NCBI GenBank assembly: GCA_963663965.2
Contig: CAXXFK010000016.1
Location: forward strand, 15,525-79,524
Length of the DNA stretch: 64,000 nucleotides
DNA from: Sedimentisphaerales bacterium
GTDB taxonomy: Bacteria; Planctomycetota; Phycisphaerae; Sedimentisphaerales; SM23-30
Direction: 5' to 3'
Of this stretch, positions 1 through 10,964 are shown piece after piece. The notes beneath the pieces were generated by a model. The model saw nothing but the letters and a program-made list of their open reading frames with translations, ran no database searches and was not told the origin of the DNA. Made by a program: the position numbers and the translations under genes. Positions within the stretch are counted from its first letter, which is position 1. The number at the start of each line of letters is the position of its first letter.

Positions 1-828
1 ATAAAACTTCTTACCCGTATCGGGATCGGTCCATTCCGGATTGATTAATTTGGAGTTAGCCCTGACTCTCCAGACCCCGGTGGGAGTATCCCGGCCAGGT
101 AATCCGATCGAAATCTGATACGAACAGACAAACGTTTCACCCAGGTAGATATCAATCACGCATTGCGATTTGTCAACCATGGCGTGAAAAGGTCCATTGA
201 TCACCTTGATATTTTGATTGGCCCGGAGTTTGGTTTCGTCTCTGATGTTATTTATACGCATGATAAATTGATAAGGAACACCATATTTCCTGCCAATAGC
301 TTTAAGGTTGTCGCCAGATACAACCTTGTAGGAACCACATAATGGATCATTTTCAAAGCGATTCAGAGAAAATAACCACATCTTGGCGGACTGATTCAGT
401 TTTTCCCGTATCTGGTTTTGAACCTCCTCGGGTAATGTCGGGGCGTAAGCCTGATTCAGCAATATCCTGGCTTTGATCGGATCATTGGCGGCCAGTGCCT
501 TGTCCGCCTGTCCCAGCAACTCTTTCAATTTCGATACCGCCGGATCGACGGCAGGTATTGGAGGCGAAGATTCGATCGGAGGGATAACCGGGAGAAGGTT
601 AGTATCAGAATCTTCAGTTTCATTCGTATTTTGCGGCAGTGTTATCTCTGGATCTTTCAATGGCGCCGCCTGGGCAGTTGTATTACCACCAGGGAGTGAA
701 CCCTCCTGACTTCTTAGGTCAATAATCTTCCATACTGCGCCGCCAATGGCAGCGATGACTATCCCGAATAAAATCATTTTTCTTGCAGAAAATGTGTTGT
801 TCTTTTTATAAAAACTTCGTTTGGCCAT
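1..828 (-). CDS. LysM-domain L,D-transpeptidase (YkuD family), runs off the window edge
   Basis: Translated by hand (absent from the ORF track): MAKRSFYKK, TM segment ILFGIVIAAIGGAVW, Pro-rich linker, LysM-like YKVVSGDNLKAIGRKYGVPYQFIMRINNI, then YkuD-like VDKSQCVIDIYLGETFVCSYQISIGLPGRDTPTGVW. The catalytic His/Cys lies outside the window. Confidence 0.85.
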   Translation of the reverse strand, partial: MAKRSFYKKNNTFSARKMILFGIVIAAIGGAVWKIIDLRSQEGSLPGGNTTAQAAPLKDPEITLPQNTNETEDSDTNLLPVIPPIESSPPIPAVDPAVSKLKELLGQADKALAANDPIKARILLNQAYAPTLPEEVQNQIREKLNQSAKMWLFSLNRFENDPLCGSYKVVSGDNLKAIGRKYGVPYQFIMRINNIRDETKLRANQNIKVINGPFHAMVDKSQCVIDIYLGETFVCSYQISIGLPGRDTPTGVWRVRANSKLINPEWTDPDTGKKFY

Positions 829-1143
829 CCCTAGCTCCATTACATCATATAGGTTACATAAATCATCGCTATTTCAGTATTAATATAACATCAAACTATC
901 CGTTATCTGCCGGTGTAAATATCTTAGCCTTCCTCAAACAATAAACCGGGCACCTTGATCCCCGGTTTTTGAACTTAATTCGGAAGTTTCTAATACATTA
1001 AACAAGCATGCATAAAGAGCCATCGCTCAATTTAAAATATTAGACGAAATAAAAATGTTTCAAAAGGGAAATTTTTAGCAGAAATGTAAAATTTTAACCG
1101 ATCCGGTACTGCCTGACGCAATCACTTGACATTAAAGACCTTA

Positions 1144-1728
1144 TCAATTTTGAGCCAGAGATCTGCCAAATCGGCGAACCTGTTGATCGGTAATTAATAA
1201 ATCCATCGGAATGTCATGATCATGTGTTGGAACCGACTCAACGACTTGTCTTTCCAATGTATAACCGCATCGAACAGTATGAAAGCCCGGTTTTTCGAAG
1301 AATCGATCATAAAATCCGCCTCCCCGGCCAAGTCGATTTCCTGCCAGATCGAATGCCAATCCAGGCACCAGCACCAGATCGATATGTTCTGCAGGGTATT
1401 CAATTTGTTTCACCGGCATGACCAGACCATGACGATCTTTATGGAATTCACTTTCCAGAGAGTCCAGAACCAGGGGGATCAAACGTCTGACATCCCAGAC
1501 TACTTTGGGCACCAAAACGGTTTTATGATCGGTTATGGCTTTCTTAATCGCATAGGACGTTGCAATCTCATTATGCATTGACATAAACACCATGATGGTT
1601 TGGGCCGCTCGATATTCGGGCGTATGGGTTAACAACTGGCAGGCTTTTTGGCCGGCGTCATCAAATATTCCTGCTGAAACAGTAGTTAGTAAATCATATA
1701 TCTGTTTACGTTGTCTGATCTTCGGCAT
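1144..1728 (-). CDS. 5-formyltetrahydrofolate cyclo-ligase
   Basis: Motifs DLVLVPGLAFD, RLGRGGGFYDR and HDIPMD. Confidence 0.95.
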   Translation of the reverse strand: MPKIRQRKQIYDLLTTVSAGIFDDAGQKACQLLTHTPEYRAAQTIMVFMSMHNEIATSYAIKKAITDHKTVLVPKVVWDVRRLIPLVLDSLESEFHKDRHGLVMPVKQIEYPAEHIDLVLVPGLAFDLAGNRLGRGGGFYDRFFEKPGFHTVRCGYTLERQVVESVPTHDHDIPMDLLITDQQVRRFGRSLAQN

Positions 1729-1747
1729 CGGATTTCAACTATGAATC

Positions 1748-1775
1748 AAAAAAAAGCCGGCCCCAAAGCCGGCTT
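1748..1775 (-). terminator. Intrinsic terminator after the wzc-like gene
   Basis: Minus strand reads AAGCCGGC-TTTGGG-GCCGGCTT followed by a T run. Confidence 0.8.
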
Positions 1776-1801
1776 ATCCGTTATAAACTTATTGATTATT
1801 G

Positions 1802-4054
1802 CTAGGCCTGCTTGGTTTCAGTACCGGATTGCAAAACACCCATCACTGACGGTTCGGATGAAATATAATCATAATAGGATTCGTAAGTCTTGGCGAAATA
1901 ACCGCCTTTGCGTGTCTTCACATTATTGAGTAGTATTCCCAGAATCCGGTTATTGCCGTTGGCCGAACGCAGTTCCCTTATCAAACGCTGGGCCATGCCA
2001 CGGGCCGTACTTTCCGCGTTGATCACCACGATGGTGCCATCTATGATACTGGCAAAGATTCGAGCATCCACCACAATTAATGCCGGTGGGCCGTCCAGAA
2101 TAATGTAGTCGTAATGATCGCGTTGCTTATCCAACATAGTTTTCATTTGCGGACTGCTGACCAGATCTGCCGGATTGGGGGGCAATGGACCGCTGAATAG
2201 GATATCCAGATTTTTAATCGTAGACTTATACACCACATCGGCCAATGTGGCCTGATTAACCAGCACGTTACTTAATCCCTGCTTACTCTTTTCCGTTGGA
2301 AACAGTTTACTCAATTTGGGCCGTCGGAAATTGGCGTCAACCAGAAGCACTTTTTTATCTTCTGCCGCCAGAGCGGTTGCCAGGTTTACCGCGCAGGTCG
2401 TCTTGCCGCAACCGGCCGCGCCACTGGTGATTAATATGGTCTTCATCTCCTCAGGCGGCGCACTGAAAATCAGGTTCGTTCGAATCTGCCGATAAAACTC
2501 GCTGATCAAGGCGTTGGGTTGGGTCGCCACAATTTTTTCAACGACATCTCGTGATTTATTGTCCGATTCATACTGCGGTATCATACCGAGTAACGGAGTA
2601 TTCAAAAACCGCATGACATCGGTCGGGCTCTTCACCGTATCATCAGCAATTTCCAATAAAAATGCCAATCCCAATCCCGCCAGTAATCCTAATAAAAATC
2701 CGCCCGGCAAAAAGATGCTTTGTTTGGGAAAACTGATGCGGTTGGGTTCTACGGTAATTCCACCTCGTTTTACCGTAACGGCTTCACTGTTGTTTATTTT
2801 TGTATCAATCTCACCAATCCGTTGATTGTATAATTCCACCTGGGTGTATAACCGATCCAGTTCATCTTTGATATTGAAATACTTTATGGCGTTATCATCC
2901 AGTTGTTTCTGGGTTTTCAACGCCCGGTCATATTTGTCGGTGATCTCTGCCAGTTGATTCTGATAGGTGCCCAACTGATCCTGCAAATTATTATATTCCA
3001 TCACCGCATATTGATTGACCAGATTATTACGCTGTTCATTCAACTGGTTTTCTGCGACACTGATCAATGCCTGATAATCGCGCACCTCGCGATGTTTTTC
3101 GCCAAATCGCTCCAACAGTCGATCCCGCTGTTGAATCAGATTGGTGATCTGATTACGCAATCCCAGGATTAATGGATCCTGCTCCACTGCCGCCAGCACA
3201 TTGCCGGAAACCTGAATCTCACCCGTATCATTGGCGCCTGCCTCCAGACGTGCCAGCTCAGATTTCAACGAATTGATTTCCGCGTTTAACAACATGATAC
3301 TCTCATGATACCGGCTGATTTCCTGGGCGACGACCGTGCCGCCGGACTGGTTGGCTCGCCACCCGGCAACGGCCTGAGTGGACAGAGTATCCATTTCATT
3401 TTCTTTGGTTTGAATCTGCTTATTAAACTCAAGAATCTTTTTATTCAATGCATCTTTATTATTAGATAGTGTCTGGTTCTGAGAAAAGCCCTTGTCATCC
3501 AGAAACATTTCAATAATCGTATCCAGAATATCCTTGGCATCTTTCGAATTACCCGCCGTCATGGTAACACGGATATATTTTGTATTTCGCATGGGACGGG
3601 CCGAAAACGCATTCTGAAGCTCTTCGTAAAAACTTTTGTGCTTGGGAATCTTATTATACCACGCGGATTCCTGAACCCGGCTGTGCCCCAGCACCTTGTT
3701 CAGAAAACCCTCCGAAGTCAGATCGGCCGCATAGGACGCGGCGTTCAATTGAATCACATCCTGACGCGGCAACATCAAGTCTGGACTCAGCAGACTGCTC
3801 TGCGGCATTTCGCAGGCAATATAATTCTCCGCCGTGTATTGAGGGGATGTTCTTTTAAGAAACATACACAAGCCGCCGCCGGCCACGGTAAACAGGATCG
3901 TCATCACGACAATCAAAACCAGACGATTACGAATCACCCGGATGAAATCTTTTATCGTAAATTGAACACTGGTGGGCGCGGACGCCGGATTGGCCGCACC
4001 AACGCGAGCGGGTAGTGCCGGCTTTCCGGTCAATACTGTGGGTGCTGTTGACAT
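1802..4054 (-). CDS. wzc: Polysaccharide co-polymerase / BY-kinase (Wzc/GumC type)
   Basis: Two TM segments flank a coiled coil. Walker A GAAGCGKTT, A' LLVDAN, Walker B IILDGPP, and a C-terminal Tyr cluster GGYFAKTYESYYDY. Confidence 0.9.
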   Translation of the reverse strand: MSTAPTVLTGKPALPARVGAANPASAPTSVQFTIKDFIRVIRNRLVLIVVMTILFTVAGGGLCMFLKRTSPQYTAENYIACEMPQSSLLSPDLMLPRQDVIQLNAASYAADLTSEGFLNKVLGHSRVQESAWYNKIPKHKSFYEELQNAFSARPMRNTKYIRVTMTAGNSKDAKDILDTIIEMFLDDKGFSQNQTLSNNKDALNKKILEFNKQIQTKENEMDTLSTQAVAGWRANQSGGTVVAQEISRYHESIMLLNAEINSLKSELARLEAGANDTGEIQVSGNVLAAVEQDPLILGLRNQITNLIQQRDRLLERFGEKHREVRDYQALISVAENQLNEQRNNLVNQYAVMEYNNLQDQLGTYQNQLAEITDKYDRALKTQKQLDDNAIKYFNIKDELDRLYTQVELYNQRIGEIDTKINNSEAVTVKRGGITVEPNRISFPKQSIFLPGGFLLGLLAGLGLAFLLEIADDTVKSPTDVMRFLNTPLLGMIPQYESDNKSRDVVEKIVATQPNALISEFYRQIRTNLIFSAPPEEMKTILITSGAAGCGKTTCAVNLATALAAEDKKVLLVDANFRRPKLSKLFPTEKSKQGLSNVLVNQATLADVVYKSTIKNLDILFSGPLPPNPADLVSSPQMKTMLDKQRDHYDYIILDGPPALIVVDARIFASIIDGTIVVINAESTARGMAQRLIRELRSANGNNRILGILLNNVKTRKGGYFAKTYESYYDYISSEPSVMGVLQSGTETKQA

Positions 4055-4080
4055 AGTCGTTTCCTCGTAATTATGAACTA

Positions 4081-7000
4081 TTAGTTCGAACTGAGTTCTG
4101 TTTTAAGCTTTTGAAGTTTTTCCTGCCATGCCGATCGTGCGACGCCAACGGTCGCCTTGTCAAGCCGATTCAGGGCGCTCTCGACCTGGACCAGGGCTTC
4201 TGTGGCATTCCCTTCACCCTGGTATGCCTGGGCCAGATGATACTCATAATCGATCGGGAATGCGGTTCCCATGGCTTGATTGTCACGAACGATCTGTAAT
4301 AGCAATTTCCGGGCAGTCACAAAATCGCCCGTTTTGATCAGGGCCAGTGAATAGGTATCCACCACCTGATCGGAATCCTGCCGCAGATAATAAGCCTGAC
4401 GCGCCAGCGTCAAGGCCTCATCCAGATGAGTGTCCATATTCAATAACGCATAGGCCAGATTGTTTAATACTTCTGCGCTGGCACGGTCTTTGGGCAGCGA
4501 TTCTTTTAATTGCCGATAATAGTCGCTGGCCTGACGGTAATTCGAGATGAGCATACTGGAATTTCCCGCCTGCGACAGGATTTCCTGACGCATCATTTTG
4601 TCCGCATGCTTCAGCGCCTGCATCCATTGATCGTTTTCTTTCTGGTATTCCCCCTGGTGATTATAGACGATCGCCTGAATCCAATGCCATTCCGGCCGAT
4701 CCGGTTGCTGTTGCGAAAGTTCTTCTGCCCAGGCCAGTAACGCGGCCGGCTCAGCCGCCTTTCCGACCTGGCCTAAAATCAAAATACGATCCAGCTCGCT
4801 CAGATCGGTGCGATTCAGCAGATTTGTCACCAATTCTAAAGCCTCCGCGCTTTGCTGAGAACGCCCCAGAACTTCCACCAGATACAACTGACATTTAAGA
4901 TTGTCAGGATGGTCCTTCAGAATATTATTTAACAATGTTTTTGCATTGTCAAAATTATCCGTGGCGACCAGAGCCTTTATCAAGACATCCAGCACCATCA
5001 TCCGCGCACTGGAGTTTTCCGAAGAGGCCTGATAGGCCTTCTGTAACACATCGATAGACCTGCGGAAATTAAGTTGCGCGCTTCGGATCGCTTCCTGTTT
5101 ATCCAGTTCATCGGTCAATGTGGCAATCCGGGCATCCTCCGCCAGCGCCCGATCGAGATAAAAATTACCCATGGCCACTTTGAAATCAATTCTATTGGGA
5201 TTCTTCTCCATCTGAGTGTTATAAAAAGTTTCCAGCTCAGACCAGCGCTCCAAGTGGGTCAGGGTCTGCGTCAGCAAATACTGGGAGAGGGTATGATTCG
5301 GATCTTGATTCAGATTATCTTTCAGCAGACTGATTGCCTGGGCAGTCAGGCCCCGGGTAAGATAGATCCTTGCCAGAATATAATTCGAAGTCACTGTCTG
5401 CGAAGGCGCGACCATGGCCATTTTCTTCGCCGCGGCTTCCGCGGCATCCATCTGATTGCTGTTAAACAGCGCTTCACATTTCAACCGCCAGGCCATCGCC
5501 TGATTGCTTTCCAGGGCCAGGACTTCATCTGCCATTTTTATGGCGTCTTCATAACGAACCTGCATCATCGCAATCCGGATCTTCTGTAATAAAATCTCCT
5601 TACGAAAGTCCGATCGGTTGGCTTGATATTCCGGGGCAGTTTCCAGCTTTTGCAGAACAGCCATCGCCTGATTGACGTCCCGGGCGGCCAGCAGAGCATC
5701 GATTTCTCCAATGGCCAGCATTGGACTGTTATTATGCTGCTGGGCAACCTGGTAAATTCGCCGGGCGCGTTCGATTTCCCCTCGCTTTAGATAGAGTGGA
5801 CCAAGCTGGATGACCGCCTCGGCATTCCCCGGATCGTCTGTTATGATCTGTTCAAGCTGATCGATGGCGGCCGGGTCTTTCCCGTTTGTCAGATAGAGCC
5901 GGGCCAGATTCATCATCGCCTGCGACTTCGCCTCGCCTTCAGAACGGTCGATCAGATCCTTCAATATCATCTCGCCCTGCCCGCTTTCACCCTGCATCGC
6001 CTTGAATTGTTCATATAATGCGATTATCTGGGGCGCATTGGATTGTTTGGCCAGCGCTTGCTGGAATATTTTTTCTGTCTCTTTAACGACGGACTCCTGT
6101 ATCGGGTCCTCCAGTTTTAGATAGGACAGGTAATGCTGTAGAAATGATTGCCAGTAAATCATGCGATCAGGATAAGTATTCACCAGGTACTGGCCGCGGG
6201 CCACGATGTCGCGATGAATATTGTCAATCCGCTGGGTATATAATGCTTTGGTATTCGCGCTTATCAACGGGGATTGCGCTTCCTGATGCAGCAATTCAAT
6301 CAAACGGGTGCCATAATGAATATAGATCGAATTCCCGGTCGCATGTGTTGGCGCGACATCCAGAATATGGCCCGCCAGTTGAAGAATTTCCTGAACCTGC
6401 GGCAAGGTTAGCGCGGCGCCCGCCTGGACATACTGCCTTTCCAGCAGAGACGCTTGCATCAGGTTGGCCCGGATATAAAATGGATCCAGCGCCAGCAGTT
6501 CCCGCAATTGCTTTTCAGCTTCCGAAAAGTTATTGAGCTGATAATTAGCGTTGGCCGCCTTGAATCGTTCATCCAGATCCGTCGGTTTCAGGTCAATCAA
6601 CTTTTCCAGACTGATGAGGGCCTCGGCCCACTCTGCTTTCCCAAGTTGATAATCCGCCCGCAACCGGCGCCCGGTATAATCATCTTTCTTTTCAACCCTG
6701 GCAATAAGCGATTCGGCTTTCGTCCAGTCCTTGAGTGCGATCGCGGCATAAAACTGTCCCTTTATTCCCTCCAGCGATTCGGGTTCCAGCCTGGATAATT
6801 CAGCGTACGCCTTGTCCGACAGCACCCAGACTTCTTTGGCCTTTTCATTCAGAATATTCTCATCCCCACTCAGTTTCACGGCACGGTCGTGATAATAGAT
6901 GGCCTGCAATCGAATTCTTTCCTTGGGATCCTGAATAGCATTCACTGCCTGCAGATAAATCGCCTCTTGTTCATCCGGATTGATCTTGGCCGGGTCAGCC

Positions 7001-9117
7001 ACTTTGAGTGTCCGGGCCTTGATCAGGAGCTGCAAATTCCCTGGGTCTGCTTTCAGGGCGCGTTCAATATATTCAGATGAACGCGCATAATCTTTGTTAA
7101 GAAAATAATAATCTGCCAGATTCTGTAATATGTCTATGTCGCCGGGATATTTTTCTGCCAGCGCCACAAAGGCCTTTTCCCGTTCGGACTCTTCCGTCAG
7201 CGCCTGAGCTTTCAGAAGATCGATCTGACGATTACTGCCGGTTAATAAACGGATAAGGGTTCCCGCCTCTTCCCGCCGCCCTGGGATATCCAGCAAGAGA
7301 CGCGCCTTATAAACCATCATATCCTGATAATAGGGATCGTCGGCCGTATGTGACTTTTCGTAATATTCTGTGATAAACGCCAGCAGAATGGCCTGGTTCG
7401 TGGAACCTTTGATATCGATCAGCGTGTCAAAAAGCGTTTTGAATCCATAACCGCCCCGGCGTGACAGATCCGACTTTCTCGCCATGGTTAAAGCCACCGA
7501 GGTCTGTCCGTCCCTGGCCAGGCCCAGCGCCAGACGGTAATACAAACGTTGCAATTTCCGGTTACGCTCCACGCCTTCGGTCAACTCTAATTCCTTGCAG
7601 ACTTGATATAGTTCCCGAATCCCCTTGTCATAATCCTTCACGGCCAGCGAGATGATCGCCTCGGCAGCCCGGTAACTGGGCGCCTTGTCACCCACCGCTT
7701 CGCGCAACGCTATCGACAATTCACGCGCCTCTTTAAGATAGGCCTCTTGCTGCGACTTATCCTGCGTGAGCATCGATAAGTCAATGTCGGTCTCAATTAA
7801 AATCGGCAATACCAGACCCGATCGGATCCCTGACCAGGACACGGCATCCAGTGAACCGCTATCCGGCCAGAGCGATCGATAGTATCCCTCTCTTAATAAA
7901 TCCCGTGCGACCTGAAAATCTTCTTCTGGTTTGGAAATCCATTCCGCCCGGGAAATATAGAGCTGCCCCAGCGCGGCCTTCCAGAGTAATTCGCTCGGTT
8001 CTAACGCCAGGCCTTCTCGGTATAATTCAAAAACCGGTTCAAAATCATCCGGTTTCTTGATCTCACTCAGCAGAAACTCCGCTTTCAAAACATAAAACCG
8101 GCCATCCTTTGGGAAACGGTCAATGGCCGCGTCAATTTCACGAACGGTCTGGTCCCGCCAACCCTCCAGATTCGCGGTATTCACGTTGGGCGATGCGCCT
8201 TGATTCTGGGACTCGCGCATCGAGTCGTATCGAACAATATAATAGTCGCGAATCAAATTAAACTGAGGTTCAGGATCTTCCGGATTGCGAGTCAGCCCCT
8301 CTCGATAGGCAGCCTCCGCCTTTTCGTAATAGGACGATTGCTCTTCCTGACTCTTATCACGGGCATTCACCATTTCCAACGCGCCGCGCAATTTCCACAG
8401 CAACGGATCGTTTTCGTTCACTTCTCCGGCTTTAACCAGGGCCGCCTCGGCGGCGTTCCGTGTGCTCTCCTGATTTTCGGTCGCGTTCATTGCCAGCAAT
8501 TGGATTTGACTGTCTGCCAGCACAAGATATCCATACCCATCACTCGGAGCCCGCTCTATAAACTGGTTGGCCTGCTTCTGAATATCCAGCCACTTCGCCG
8601 GTTTGCGGTAATATGCCGCCATTTTATATTCAATGGAAAGAATCGATCGTCGCGCCTCAATTTCATCGGGATAACGCTGGGTAATGTCCGTCCAGACTTT
8701 AATAGCGGCTGGAAAATTATAGATCCGCGTCAACAATTCTGCCTTGCGTTTTCGTAACTCCTTGCCGACATCCTTGCCCTTGGAATACTTCAGGGCCTGA
8801 TCGATGGTTTTAAATATCTCCCTCCAGCCGTTCGTCCAGTCACCATCATGAAACGCGCGGATTTTTTCATATCTCTCTTTAACGTCCGGCACGGTGCCTG
8901 CTTCTGCCATCAACTCCTTTTCCCGTGATTCGATCTGTTCTACCAAATCTTCCGACTTCTCCTTCAGGACTATCGGATCGTTCCCCATCGCCTGATGGAT
9001 GAATTCCGGCAAAAATGGATATTTGTAATCCACCGCTATCAGAAAAATTGCCAATATGGGCAATCCGATCAGTAAAAGCAATACCACTAATTTTCGATTC
9101 AATTGTTTCTTGGCCAT
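4081..9117 (-). CDS. Giant membrane-anchored tetratricopeptide-repeat protein (1678 aa; PrsT-like context)
   Basis: N-terminal TM helix, all-helical TPR-like repeats, and C-terminal VLNNLAYALL...DTYSLAL. Lies inside the exosortase/EPS operon. Confidence 0.8.
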   Translation of the reverse strand: MAKKQLNRKLVVLLLLIGLPILAIFLIAVDYKYPFLPEFIHQAMGNDPIVLKEKSEDLVEQIESREKELMAEAGTVPDVKERYEKIRAFHDGDWTNGWREIFKTIDQALKYSKGKDVGKELRKRKAELLTRIYNFPAAIKVWTDITQRYPDEIEARRSILSIEYKMAAYYRKPAKWLDIQKQANQFIERAPSDGYGYLVLADSQIQLLAMNATENQESTRNAAEAALVKAGEVNENDPLLWKLRGALEMVNARDKSQEEQSSYYEKAEAAYREGLTRNPEDPEPQFNLIRDYYIVRYDSMRESQNQGASPNVNTANLEGWRDQTVREIDAAIDRFPKDGRFYVLKAEFLLSEIKKPDDFEPVFELYREGLALEPSELLWKAALGQLYISRAEWISKPEEDFQVARDLLREGYYRSLWPDSGSLDAVSWSGIRSGLVLPILIETDIDLSMLTQDKSQQEAYLKEARELSIALREAVGDKAPSYRAAEAIISLAVKDYDKGIRELYQVCKELELTEGVERNRKLQRLYYRLALGLARDGQTSVALTMARKSDLSRRGGYGFKTLFDTLIDIKGSTNQAILLAFITEYYEKSHTADDPYYQDMMVYKARLLLDIPGRREEAGTLIRLLTGSNRQIDLLKAQALTEESEREKAFVALAEKYPGDIDILQNLADYYFLNKDYARSSEYIERALKADPGNLQLLIKARTLKVADPAKINPDEQEAIYLQAVNAIQDPKERIRLQAIYYHDRAVKLSGDENILNEKAKEVWVLSDKAYAELSRLEPESLEGIKGQFYAAIALKDWTKAESLIARVEKKDDYTGRRLRADYQLGKAEWAEALISLEKLIDLKPTDLDERFKAANANYQLNNFSEAEKQLRELLALDPFYIRANLMQASLLERQYVQAGAALTLPQVQEILQLAGHILDVAPTHATGNSIYIHYGTRLIELLHQEAQSPLISANTKALYTQRIDNIHRDIVARGQYLVNTYPDRMIYWQSFLQHYLSYLKLEDPIQESVVKETEKIFQQALAKQSNAPQIIALYEQFKAMQGESGQGEMILKDLIDRSEGEAKSQAMMNLARLYLTNGKDPAAIDQLEQIITDDPGNAEAVIQLGPLYLKRGEIERARRIYQVAQQHNNSPMLAIGEIDALLAARDVNQAMAVLQKLETAPEYQANRSDFRKEILLQKIRIAMMQVRYEDAIKMADEVLALESNQAMAWRLKCEALFNSNQMDAAEAAAKKMAMVAPSQTVTSNYILARIYLTRGLTAQAISLLKDNLNQDPNHTLSQYLLTQTLTHLERWSELETFYNTQMEKNPNRIDFKVAMGNFYLDRALAEDARIATLTDELDKQEAIRSAQLNFRRSIDVLQKAYQASSENSSARMMVLDVLIKALVATDNFDNAKTLLNNILKDHPDNLKCQLYLVEVLGRSQQSAEALELVTNLLNRTDLSELDRILILGQVGKAAEPAALLAWAEELSQQQPDRPEWHWIQAIVYNHQGEYQKENDQWMQALKHADKMMRQEILSQAGNSSMLISNYRQASDYYRQLKESLPKDRASAEVLNNLAYALLNMDTHLDEALTLARQAYYLRQDSDQVVDTYSLALIKTGDFVTARKLLLQIVRDNQAMGTAFPIDYEYHLAQAYQGEGNATEALVQVESALNRLDKATVGVARSAWQEKLQKLKTELSSN

Positions 9118-9152
9118 ATTCTAAATCGCTCCTGGCGTGCTGAATTTTCAGA

Positions 9153-9917
9153 TTAGTTAAGCGGGTCGCCTGGCGTAGGGATTTCTGGAAAATGATTCGC
9201 TTCCAACAAGGGCACTACTTTTTCACTCATCCGGGTGATTAATCTCAATACCTCTTCCTGGTCGGGTTGCTTCATATTGTCTTGAACGGTAAATTCGATT
9301 TTGCTGAAATAAGCATATTCGAGTTTGGGATCGTTCAGCTCATAACGAACCTGATAACGGTCATTCATATAAATGCCGTTGGCATTGAAAAAGTATCCAA
9401 TCGTGTAATAAACATTCGTGCCATCCGATAACGCTTTCGAAACTTCCAATATTCTGACGGGAATCTTCTCGCCATGAACAAGAATGACACGGTTGATGGT
9501 TTTGTCTTTTTTGTAGCCGCCACCAAGATAACACACGTCGGGAATATGAGGCACCAGGCCCGGATCTCCGGTATAATAGGTCACAAATAAATTCGCTCTG
9601 GTATAATGATCATCAGGATTGGGCTGGCTGTTCACGATATCCCAGGTGATATATTGCTCCGTTCCCAGTTCTGTTAACATCGTCTCGTTATCAATTGTAT
9701 TTTTATAACGAACCACAAAAGGCTTCAGGGCGTTCTCGTCCAGTTGATCGAGCGGCGCCTTCAGTTCCAGCGGCTTTTTATTAATATTCCCACCCAGCAC
9801 GGCGATGGTTCTTTGGATCGAAATGATCCCGATAACCATACAGGCCGCACAGAGTATAAATCCAACATCGGTTGATAACCGCCTGCTGACTGTAACTATG
9901 TTGAGTTTCTCGGTCAT
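9153..9917 (-). CDS. Exosortase-associated EpsI-family protein
   Basis: N-terminal TM and FVTYYTG...VPHIPDVCYLGGG (H-x-P-x-x-C motif). Start overlaps the exosortase stop. Confidence 0.85.
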   Translation of the reverse strand: MTEKLNIVTVSRRLSTDVGFILCAACMVIGIISIQRTIAVLGGNINKKPLELKAPLDQLDENALKPFVVRYKNTIDNETMLTELGTEQYITWDIVNSQPNPDDHYTRANLFVTYYTGDPGLVPHIPDVCYLGGGYKKDKTINRVILVHGEKIPVRILEVSKALSDGTNVYYTIGYFFNANGIYMNDRYQVRYELNDPKLEYAYFSKIEFTVQDNMKQPDQEEVLRLITRMSEKVVPLLEANHFPEIPTPGDPLN

Positions 9918-10894
9918 TATTTTTTACCTGCCGGGTTTTTCGCCGGATTCAGAGTAATAATATCCTGATCGCCTTCCGTTGATTTTTCCTTCGAAGATTC
10001 TTCGTAAAACAGATTGTTCATGATCCAGGCCAGTCCGCCATACATCACGAAAGCCAGTCCCAGCATCACCAATCCCAGCATGGTATGCAGCATACCCTCG
10101 GCATATTGAGCGCCAATATAAATATGAATCATGCCAGTCAGCAGTACCCGCAACATATTACAGATGATCGCGATGGGAACGGTACTGAGCAGCAGGACGA
10201 TCCGGTGCGAGGCCGGGCGCTTTTCCAGCCAGGCCATCGCCACACCCAGCGCGACAAACGTTCGCAATAAACGCATCCCGCTGCACGCGTCAGCAACATT
10301 TAAATCAAAAGGGATTCCGTGATGCGTTCCGGATATCACTACCCCCGACGCCTCACACACGATTCCCGGGAAAAAATTCAATACCACGGTCGCCAGAACT
10401 GAAGACCACATCCGCAAGGGCGTGGTGATCCGGTCATGAATCGTAGGCGGCAACTGAAATGCGAACACCAGAAAAACAATCGGCAGCCAGACCCGTTTGA
10501 AAACCCCCCACCCTCCTGCCAACAGGGTCATACCGGCGATCACCGGTAACATCATATAAGGGCGCGGCGATCCAAAACGACGTGTCAGACACAAGCTGTA
10601 ACCGATGACTCCAATCGCAATTAACACGATTCCTGCAAAATTAAATATACCGAACTTGGCTTTAATCTGCTTCAGAGCCGCCCGGTCCTGCCAGAGAAAA
10701 TACAAACTGAACGCCGGGATCAACACCCCATGCGATTCATCCGGCATTTTCCAGGTTTCCACCAGCCTGATCAGCTCATTACGGAATAAAAAAACAAATA
10801 GCGCCGCCAGAATGGCGATCTTCCAATATCTCAGAGGATCTGCTTCCGGCGTCGTCGACTGCTCAAGTTCAGATTGTAAATTGAGTTCTGTCAC
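9917..10894 (-). CDS. Exosortase (EpsH/Xrt family)
   Basis: Multi-pass membrane protein with SHGVLIP and the Cys-Arg-His triad: VADACSGMR, NMLRV, MLHTMLG. Confidence 0.93.
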   Translation of the reverse strand: MTELNLQSELEQSTTPEADPLRYWKIAILAALFVFLFRNELIRLVETWKMPDESHGVLIPAFSLYFLWQDRAALKQIKAKFGIFNFAGIVLIAIGVIGYSLCLTRRFGSPRPYMMLPVIAGMTLLAGGWGVFKRVWLPIVFLVFAFQLPPTIHDRITTPLRMWSSVLATVVLNFFPGIVCEASGVVISGTHHGIPFDLNVADACSGMRLLRTFVALGVAMAWLEKRPASHRIVLLLSTVPIAIICNMLRVLLTGMIHIYIGAQYAEGMLHTMLGLVMLGLAFVMYGGLAWIMNNLFYEESSKEKSTEGDQDIITLNPAKNPAGKK

Positions 10895-10964
10895 AAGGTC
10901 CTGTTTCGCTGTCTTGGCAATTAGGTAAGATCATGCGGCGAATTAGATTAAACCGTCCTGACAA

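Noticed and set aside
1729..1801. 6S RNA upstream of the 5-formyl-THF cyclo-ligase gene (common linkage)
   Set aside because: The spacer is only 73 bp and is occupied by a terminator.
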